A stretch of 63,887 nucleotides of DNA, counting the filler, from Klebsormidium nitens (taxonomy: Eukaryota; Plantae; Klebsormidiophyceae): NCBI GenBank assembly GCA_000708835.1. It is 5 parts of 5 records of this genome, joined end to end, with 100 filler letters (N's around TTAATTAATTAA, not from the genome) between each part and the next. Parts side by side here need not be neighbours in the genome. Positions count along the whole stretch, not along the records: positions 31,752 to 47,393 come from DF238037.1; 4 more parts are not named here. The stretch is one strand, 5' to 3'. The position numbers and the translations under genes are program-made. Positions 38,821 to 47,493 of the stretch are shown here, piece after piece (the stretch's first letter is position 1; each line of letters starts with the position of its first letter). The notes under the pieces were generated by a model. That model had not been told where the DNA came from. It did no database searches and was given only the letters and a program-made list of their open reading frames with translations.

Positions 38821-39745
38821 GACTCTCATGGGGTCTTAGTGACGCAGCCTTTGTATAGATTGATTGAGGCAACAAATTCTAACAAATAACAGTACATTGT
38901 TTCCTCTTGGGATACACTGCATACGTTAGAGAAATAGGAAAAGGTCCGGGTCTAACAACATGAGTCCCAAGCCCGCAGGCTCCTTTGCGTCCAGAGGCAA
39001 TAAGCGAGGCAATGTTGTCATCATTTGGTTGCATGCACATGTTGAGTCAATTTTGCATGTTCGAATAGCGTCGGCATAATATGGCAGGTTCTCAGATGTT
39101 GCCATGGGAGCCATGCAATCTTGTGTACTATATGCCTGCCATGATGCATCATATACATGCTGCACAAAGATCCTGTTGTGTGTTCGGCGATATACTCGTG
39201 GTAATGATACATTGCATGTCCAGCTCGAGAGCCGTTGAAGTCACCACGATGAGGGGGTCGAACGGCTCTACAGTTTTGAATCTGATGAATCTCCAACGAC
39301 AACGTTTCAGTGATCTCTAAATCAAATTGCTTCAATCGCCTGTGCTTGTGCTTCAATACGCTGCATTTCAATCTGACCGTCATGCATGCCATGATGAGCT
39401 ACAGACGTTCTCGGACATCTATGCGTGCGGGCATCTGACGGATTGCTGAAGTTGGATTTCGGAGAGAATGTTGAACCCCCCTCGATGGGCTGCATGCATG
39501 GTCATCGGCCGCGGCCGGCCAGGCGCCCCTCAGCGGCTGGGACAATGCTAAATCTGTTGAACGACAAATGCCTCTTTTGGCTCTACAAAAATTCGTCTTG
39601 CCCCCCTCTCCCCTCTCATGCAGGCGGACCGTATGTATGCCGTCTCATGTGCAATCTAGTACTTTCGAATCTCATCAGAAGGATCATATCTTTGTGCCTC
39701 GAACGCCGCAAACGAATTGATCTAAACGTCCTTTCTCGTTTCCAG

Positions 39746-42700
39746 GGCATCGCCACGCTCTACAGAGACCTGGGCTACCCCGTCTTCTTGGGCAAGATCA
39801 CCTGGAACCCGCAGAAGGGATCGGAAAGAAGCGCTTCAAGTTTCCAAATAATTGGCCGGCGTGCACGCTGGCCAACTGCCTAGAGTCCTTCGTGCGCGAT
39901 GGCGACGACGCTCTGATGATCAACACCACCCGCTGCGACCTCATAGGCGTCGACGTCGACGTCAAGGACGGCGGTATGGTGGCTTGGACGGCCCTGGAGC
40001 AGGCGCACGGCGGGCCGGTCCAGGCGCCGAAGGTACGGACCGGTTCGGGGGGGTGGCCACGTGTCTTTTCGTTCAACAAGAGCGTCGCTGCGGGGCTGCT
40101 CCCAAACACACCCACCACCTTCACCAGGCTCCAGGTCGGAGCTGATCTCGTCGGGATCGACCTGCGCGGCAACAGCACACCGGCCTGCCTCGTCGCGCCG
40201 CCCACCACGTACGTTAACGGGGCGGGGGCGACCGTTGGTTACGTGGCTGTGGGGGAGGGCATCCCGCACATCAATGACCTGCCCCCTCTGCCGCATTTCC
40301 TCATCGACTTGCTGCACCAGCGGGTGACGCCCCCTGTGGGAGGCGATCGGGGGGCGCATGGCAGAGCTCACGGGCCCGAGCGGCCCCCATCGATGGAGCC
40401 CGATCTCGCATCGCCTGAGCTGCAGGCGGAGGTGGTCGGCGAGCTCACGAGGCTGTTGTGCGGTTGGGGGGACAACACCTCCGTCTTCTCAGAGGCGGTG
40501 GCGTCGTCCGTGGGGCCGGGGGTGCTGTACAAGTTCAGAAACGGGCCGCAGGGTCGAGCGGCCTGCCCGTACTTCCCAGCGGGGACGGGCAACCACGATT
40601 CGAACAACTTCGGGCTGTTGCGGCGGGGAGTGGAAATCAGCTACATTTGCCACGGGGAGCGGTGCAAGACGGAGGCGCGGGCCAACAGCATCCGGCTGGG
40701 GGCTCTGCCCTTTCTTGTGGCCGCCTCCTTCTCCGATAGCCAGCCCCTGAACAGCGANNNNNNNNNNNNNNNNNNNNNNNNNNNNNNNNNNNNNNNNNNN
40801 NNNNNNNNNNNNNNNNNNNNNNNNNNNNNNNNNNNNNNNNNNNNNNNNNNNNNNNNNNNNNNNNNNNNNNNNNNNNNNNNNNNNNNNNNNNNNNNNNNNN
40901 NNNNNNNNNNNNNNNNNNNNNNNNNNNNNNNNNNNNNNNNNNNNNNNNNNNNNNNNNNNNNNNNNNNNNNNNNNNNNNNNNNNNNNNNNNNNNNNNNNNN
41001 NNNNNNNNNNNNNNNNNNNNNNNNNNNNNNNNNNNNNNNNNNNNNNNNNNNNNNNNNNNNNNNNNNNNNNNNNNNNNNNNNNNNNNNNNNNNNNNNNNNN
41101 NNNNNNNNNNNNNNNNNNNNNNNNNNNNNNNNNNNNNNNNNNNNNNNNNNNNNNNNNNNNNNNNNNNNNNNNNNNNNNNNNNNNNNNNNNNNNNNNNNNN
41201 NNNNNNNNNNNNNNNNNNNNNNNNNNNNNNNNNNNNNNNNNNNNNNNNNNNNNNNNNNNNNNNNNNNNNNNNNNNNNNNNNNNNNNNNNNNNNNNNNNNN
41301 NNNNNNNNNNNNNNNNNNNNNNNNNNNNNNNNNNNNNNNNNNNNNNNNNNNNNNNNNNNNNNNNNNNNNNNNNNNNNNNNNNNNNNNNNNNNNNNNNNNN
41401 NNNNNNNNNNNNNNNNNNNNNNNNNNNNNNNNNNNNNNNNNNNNNNNNNNNNNNNNNNNNNNNNNNNNNNNNNNNNNNNNNNNNNNNNNNNNNNNNNNNN
41501 NNNNNNNNNNNNNNNNNNNNNNNNNNNNNNNNNNNNNNNNNNNNNNNNNNNNNNNNNNNNNNNNNNNNNNNNNNNNNNNNNNNNNNNNNNNNNNNNNNNN
41601 NNNNNNNNNNNNNNNNNNNNNNNNNNNNNNNNNNNNNNNNNNNNNNNNNNNNNNNNNNNNNNNNNNNNNNNNNNNNNNNNNNNNNNNNNNNNNNNNNNNN
41701 NNNNNNNNNNNNNNNNNNNNNNNNNNNNNNNNNNNNNNNNNNNACGAGAGACGGGAGAGACACGTTTTTAGAGGAGGGTCTCATGTGCTTTTTCTCCACA
41801 CCGTCTTGCAGGTGATGTGGGCGGGGCGACCATCATCGAGCGCATCTACCTCAGGAAGGGGCTCAAGTTCGTCTTCACTCCAAACGGGTGGTTCTACTGG
41901 AACGGGATCATCTGGGTCGCCGACGAGGGCGGCAGCCACATCCTACGAATCATGCGCGAGGAGCTGGTCAAAGTAGAGAAGGGCTACCTGGCCGAACGAG
42001 GATCGAACCTCGAGGCGCGGTCGGACGAGGCATCGATGGAGAGCGACGACGAGAGCCTGACGGACTCGGGTACCGCCGGTACCGAAAGGAACGGCAAGAA
42101 GAAAGAGCCTAAGATCGTCAACTTCAACTTCAACGCGAAGATGTCGAACGTCCTCACCACCTGCAAGGACATGTTCTTCAACGCGGGCTTCGAGGGGAAG
42201 CTGGACTTCAACCGGGACTTCAGGGCCGCTCAGAACGGGGTCATCGACCTCAAGACCGGGGGTTTTTAGCCCCATCACCCGCGGGTGAGCGCGACGAATC
42301 GTCTTGCCATTTTTGCTCGAACTCTCTACGTGTTTCTGGTCGCAACCTCCTTCGCTCTGCCGCAGTCTGTCTGGAGCGCTCGTCGGTAAAGGCCCTCCTT
42401 CTCATCGGTTCTCTTCGTTTTTCCTGCAGTTCTTGCACAGCAAGTACATGAGCTGGGCTTACCCCTTGACGGGGCTCGCCACCCCGCTGGACGACATCCT
42501 TCGTGTGCTGCGGGACATCATGCATGCTGAGGCGCTCGACGGCCAACTCGCGATGGATCACCTGCAGTGCTTCCTCGGGTACGACCTGACAGGGCATACT
42601 AGCAGCCAGGTACGTCTTGGAGGGGTTCACCTATTATGGTTTCATTCAAAAACAATTCTACTAGGGAGTCTCACCGAAGTGTCTCCTCGTTCCACGTGAT

Positions 42701-44162
42701 GACGCTCCCATCAGCACTCGGCGACGACAAGCAAAAAACGCTGGATCATTTGCAGTGCCTTAGGGGTACCGCTTGGAGAGTAACACCTATTATGGTTTCA
42801 TTCAAAAACAATTCATATTAGTGAGTCTCCTCGTCTCATCCCACCACTCACTTGACGAATCATCTGCAGGTATTGGGAATCTTGTACGGGGAGGGTAGTG
42901 CAGGCAAGAGCGTTCTCATGGCTCTGCTGAGGCTGCTCCTCGGGAGGTTCTACAAGGACATGAACAAGGACATCATCGTGAGCGCGAGGGGACAGAGGGC
43001 GGCCGCGAAGGGCGCGGCATCCCCCTTGGAAGCAGGGGAGGAAGCTCATCCCTTAGAGATTCTGGGTGTGAGCGACCGGGGCCGAGTACAAAAAACCCGT
43101 CCCTCCTGTCTCTCCTGTCTTTTTCCCTGCCGTTTGAAGGTGCATCATAGCTGCGAGACCAAGACTCTCTTGTTGAAAGTCTGCGAGGCAAAGCCCCCTC
43201 AATGTGCTGCAGGGCTGAAGGGTATTCTGATGGCGGGCGTCGAAGAGACGAACGTCACCGACACACTCAACGAGGGAGGGGTCAAAAAACTAACGGGCAC
43301 GGAGGTGGTCACGGGGCGGCCCCTGTTCAAGGACTTTGTCACATTCAATGCGACGATGCTGGTGAGGCACCCGAGGATCGACTTGCTTTCTCTTGAACTT
43401 TCTGACACTGAATACCCCAAAGCCCCGAGGGATGAGAGCAACGCATGCGAAGAAAAGGCGTATGTGTACTCGATCATTTTACTGCATGCAAACAAAAGCT
43501 CTCGCTTTCGAGTTTGATCTCATCTTCCTCCACTCCCTCTGCAGCTCATCCTCCGTACGAACCACCTTCCACAGACTGAGAAGGCTTGGTCGATCGCCCT
43601 CCGGAGGCGGCTCCAGCTGGTCTGCTTTCCAAAGCGCTACTTCTCCGTCAACGAGGTTGGCTACGACTCGACAAACCCCCTCCATGGGGTCGTAGACACC
43701 AAGCTCATCGCGCGGCTGAGCGACGCTCCGCACATGGAGCAGTTTCTGGTCTGGCTCGTACAGGGCGCCGTCCGATGGTACGCGAACGGGGAGCAGCTGC
43801 TCCCCATGCCCGCGCGCAGCATCGCAGCATTGGATGCCTACCAGGTCGACAACGACCCCTTCGCGGCCTTCCTGGAGTGGAGCTGCGACTTCGGGCCGAA
43901 CCTGTTCATGCCGACCGTCGCGGGGATGCAGGCGTACAACAACAGGGCACGCCTGGTGGACGGGCAGCCCGCGGCTTACACGTTCGACTTCGTGGGGACG
44001 AAGAAGTTCAAGGAACTGATGGCCAGCAGAGCTCAGTTCCGAGGACCGGCGAAGACGAACGTCCTGGGACTCGGCACGATAGTTGGTGTCACGGAGCGCG
44101 GATACCGGGGCCTGGCCCTGAAGCAGCCACTGCCGGTCGCGCCCGGTAGTCACCCGGCATAG
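39746..44162 (+). mobile_element. Intron-containing primase-helicase gene (Prim-Pol + UL52/PrimPol-type Zn finger + D5_N + SF3 helicase) of virus or mobile-element type
   Basis: Prim-Pol motifs are GVDVDVKDGG, VRTGSGG and GIDLRG..CLVAPPT. The Zn finger is CPY...HDSNN...YICHGERC. D5_N motifs are WFYWNGIIW, AQNGVIDLKTG and LQCFLGYDLTG. Walker A is GEGSAGKS and the Walker B region is LKGILMAGVEE..LNEGGVKKLTG, followed by LILRTNHLP, RRRLQLVCF and terminal YRGLAL. Exons are 39746-(gap), 41812-42284, 42430-42609, 42870-43035, 43213-43361 and 43545-44162. Lesions occur at about 39818, 40058-40066, the TAG at 42267 and a GG donor at 43036. The start codon was not identified. Confidence 0.9.
40758..41743. 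other. Sized assembly gap (986 N) inside the primase-helicase gene
   Basis: N run without linker. Its right edge is a reverse-orientation piece of the 70-bp satellite. Confidence 0.98.
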
Positions 44163-44611
44163 ATAGGAGTCTAGTCAGCTTCTCAAAGGTCCCATATGTT
44201 CAAGGACTCGTGAAATCTCGTGTACATATTTGTGTATTCAACGAAAACAGAAGCATGTCCATATCATGACGTCGCCGATCGCACATCTGTGCATTTGTTC
44301 GACATGCAGCGTGCACATGCTCCATATTGCAATATCGTTTTCGTTCCTCCGTCGTTTGTTAAGCTACCGAGAAACCACCCCAAAAAACATGTCTCTCTCT
44401 CTCCTTTTGCTGCAGCGGCAGCATATTCTATGGTTGGCTTCCGGCATTTTTCTCGATTGAGGGGAAACGAAACGGCTGTCCAGCTCAGTATGATTGCTCC
44501 CACATCGCGCCTCCTTGACCTTATTGAGGTCATCCTTTGCCCGTAAGTATGAGTTCACTGCATTGTGGAGCCGGATCACGTCTGCCCCCCGAATTTAGTA
44601 TGCATCATGAG

Positions 44612-45470
44612 TGAGATTTCTGAGCCGGACCTTGCACCCAAAAACATGTCTCTCCCGTCTTTCGTGTCCCCAATGATTGGCCAGGATTTTTGAGCCAGAC
44701 CTTGCCTCTAGAAACATGTCTCTCCCGTCTTTTGTGTCCCCAATGATTGGCCAGGATTTCTGAGCTGGACCTTGCCTCCAAAAACATGTCTCTCCCGTCT
44801 CTGCTGTCCTCAATGATTGGCCAGGATTTCCGAGCCGGACCTTGCTCCCGAAAACATGTCTCTCCTGTCTCTCCTGTCCGGTCAATGATTGGCAAATATT
44901 TCTCAACCGAGCCGGGCCTTGCTCCCAAAAACATGTCTCTCCCGTCTCTGCTGTCCCAGATGATTGGCCAGGATTTTCGAGCCGGACCTTGCTCCCGAAA
45001 ACGTGTCTCTCCTGTCTCTCCTGTCCCTCAATGACTGTCAAATATTTCTCAACCGAGCCGGGCCTTGCTCATAAAAAGGCGTCTCTCCTGTCTCTCCTGT
45101 CCCTCAATGATTGGCAAAGATTTCTCAACCGAGCCGGACCTTGCTCCCGAAAACATGTCTCTCCCGTCTCTGCTGTCCTCAATGATGGCCAAGATTTCTG
45201 AGCCGGACCTTGCTCTCGAAAACATGTCTCTCCCGTCTCTGCTGTCGCCAAGGATTGGCTTTGTAAACTTGTGACATGTCTTTCTCGTCTCTGCTGTCCC
45301 CAAGGATTGGCCAGGACTTCTGAGCCGGACCTTGCTCCCAAAAACATGTCTCTCCGGTCTCTGCTGTCCCCAATGATTGGCAGGGTTTCTGAGCCGGACC
45401 CTTGTCAAAAAAGGTGTCTCTCTTGTCTCTCTTGTCTGCAATAATTGAGGAGGATTTTTGAGCCGGAACT
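44612..45470. repeat. Minisatellite array, about 12-13 units of 69-70 bp and 76-77 bp variants
   Basis: The unit gagccggaccttgctcccgaaaacatgtctctcccgtctctgctgtcctcaatgattggccaggatttct starts at 44621, 44691, 44761, 44831, 44908, 44978, 45054, 45130, 45199, 45321, 45390 and 45459. Confidence 0.95.
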
Positions 45471-45643
45471 TCCTGCAAAAACTTGTTGTCGGCACTCTGC
45501 CACTGCGACGAAAGGGTGGGTTCGACGACCGAGCTGCGAGGATTCGAGCTCTTTTTGGCCCTCACTCATGCACTCACGCCGCCCAACAGGGGACATGAGC
45601 CGGTGCATCTCGCTGGATGGGCAGATTGGGGGCGGACCTGAGG

Positions 45644-47245
45644 ACCCACAGATACACGCATTGCGAGCGAACCCCAAAGGTTTCTCCTAGGCCTAGTAGA
45701 TTGCAATCCAATTCTGAAAAAAGGTTTGGATCTTCTGTGTAATGCGTGGGTGTCTAAGTACAGCCTTTTGCATTATTCCTCTCGGACCCCCCTCGAGCCG
45801 ATTCGTAAATAGCGGCACCGCCTTCGGATCGGGTCGATATGTGGTCAAAAGGGCTCAAGGATGGCGAGGTTGGCTCTCAGTCGAGAAATTTCGTAAGCGA
45901 AGTGCACCCATCTGACGCATCGCCTGTGCCCAACCGAGTGAAATGAAAGACGAAATCCATTTCCGCCTGGTTGCGAGGATTCTTGAGGGGATCCCTCTGA
46001 AAGATTGCAAACTGTGGGCATACGATATGATGTAGTAGCAGCTCTGCCCGCCTGCCTCCTTGCTCTTTCGAAATCAAGGGGCAAAAGGGCCTGGTCTATT
46101 CTGTTAGCAACTTAGGGAAATGATGCATGTACAGAAAGAGCCAAGGATGGAGAGGCAGAACGACCGCACGGACGGAGCGCCCGAATGGGAGGTACGAGCT
46201 GATGGGAGAATTTTTGCGTGCCTGCTAGTGCATCCTCCCGATGCAACGAGCTGCGAGAAGGAATACGCTTCAAAGCAAGGGCTCGAGATGCATCGCAGGC
46301 GGATGGCCGTGCAGGAGCCAAGCCTGCCGAGCCGACGAACGGTCTCGAGATTTTTTGGGCTCGACGAGCAGGGAGCCAAGTCGTTGAAGGCGAGCCACAA
46401 CGAGACGTATGTCGCAAACTACCGCCGCACTGCAAAGGGGAAGCTGGCAACATTTCGTGCGAGGCATTCGAAGGAGCTGCGGCTGCAGGCGGCGGAAATT
46501 CTGCCGTATCCAGCACCCCTCCCGCCGCCCGCCTATCTGCCTCCCCCCATCTCCTGGCTCCTGAGCAAGAGCCCGGTTCGTGCTGACGGCTTGGCGGACC
46601 TCTTTGCGGGCATCGCAGGCGGGCTCAAGATCGATCATCGGACCTGGAGTCTTCAATATCACCCTGACCACGTGAAGGTGAGCCGACAACACGGATTGAT
46701 ATAATGAGCACATCTGTACACTTTTGAACGGAAACCCATTTAACCCTTTTTGAAAATATGTAAGTCTGTACACGTTTTTGTTGGTTTTCACTCTGAAAAA
46801 CCTGATAATACTTGTGTATGTACCCTTATTACTTGAAACATCTGTGTTTTCCGCGAACTTTCCTTTTGGACCCATCGAAAGTCGATGTGAACAATTCAAA
46901 GCCTTTTCTCCGCCCCGCCTCCCTCCAAGACCTCTGAAGGCCAAATGGGCTCGACCCCAAAAAGCAACAGAGGAGTCGAGCGAGACATGCCGGCCGCCAT
47001 TCAAACATTTTCAATGCACCTCGTCGCTCAAACGAGCTCGTTCTAAGTCCATCCGGCTGGCTTCGGTCGCACCCTGACGAGGAAACGCAAGAACTTGAAA
47101 GGATGTTGCGTTTCTTTGAGAAGAGCAATCTCGAGGCACCCACGCATTACACAGAGGATCCAAACCTTTTTTCAGAATTGGTTTGCAATCTACAAGGCCT
47201 AGGAGAAACCTTTGGGATTCGCTCGCAATGCGTGTATCTGTGGGT
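45644..47245. repeat. 112-bp inverted repeat pair (45644-45755 / 47134-47245)
   Basis: The reverse complement of the left arm (agacacccacgcattacacagaagatccaaaccttttttcagaattggattgcaatctactaggcctaggagaaacctttggggttcgctcgcaatgcgtgtatctgtgggt) matches 47134-47245 with about five substitutions. Confidence 0.92.
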
Positions 47246-47388
47246 GTGGCCCAAGTGTCGTGCATGATTGATTGAGTGTTCGACATCATCCAACAGCTTG
47301 CGCGCTTTTTCCGCAGGTCAAGAACCCAACCGCCATCGAGGCCTTTGAGAAGCATCACGGCTACTTCATTGACGACGAGCTTAGGTGA
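46120..47388 (+). CDS. Small protein with a C2H2-like Zn-finger motif and a C-terminal J-domain-like HPD segment (2 predicted exons)
   Basis: ORF 46120-46704 contains FACLLVHPPDATSCEKEYASKQGLEMHRRR and WSLQYHPDH followed by gtgaag/gtgagc donors. The acceptor ttccgcag at 47316 opens VKNPTAIEAFEKHHGYFIDDELR*, resembling J-domain helix III. Confidence 0.5.
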
Positions 47389-47393
47389 AGCGG

Positions 47394-47493
47394 NNNNNNN
47401 NNNNNNNNNNNNNNNNNNNNNNNNNNNNNNNNNNNNNTTAATTAATTAANNNNNNNNNNNNNNNNNNNNNNNNNNNNNNNNNNNNNNNNNNNN
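47394..47493. other. Assembly gap with TTAATTAATTAA linker
   Basis: Artificial 100-nt spacer. Confidence 0.98.

Noticed and set aside
39000-39420. CATG/TGCA-rich patches here and at 44220-44340 and 58600-58980 as possible shared element ends
   Set aside because: No alignable identity was found between the patches by eye; compositional similarity only.
39892-41976. 694-aa and 436-aa ORFs spanning the N run
   Set aside because: They are artefacts of translating Ns. Only the flanking exons are real.
44612-45470. CRISPR-like appearance and ORFs with repeated ETGETCF peptides
   Set aside because: There are no unique spacers: whole units are degenerate tandem copies. The ORFs are translation by-products of the satellite.
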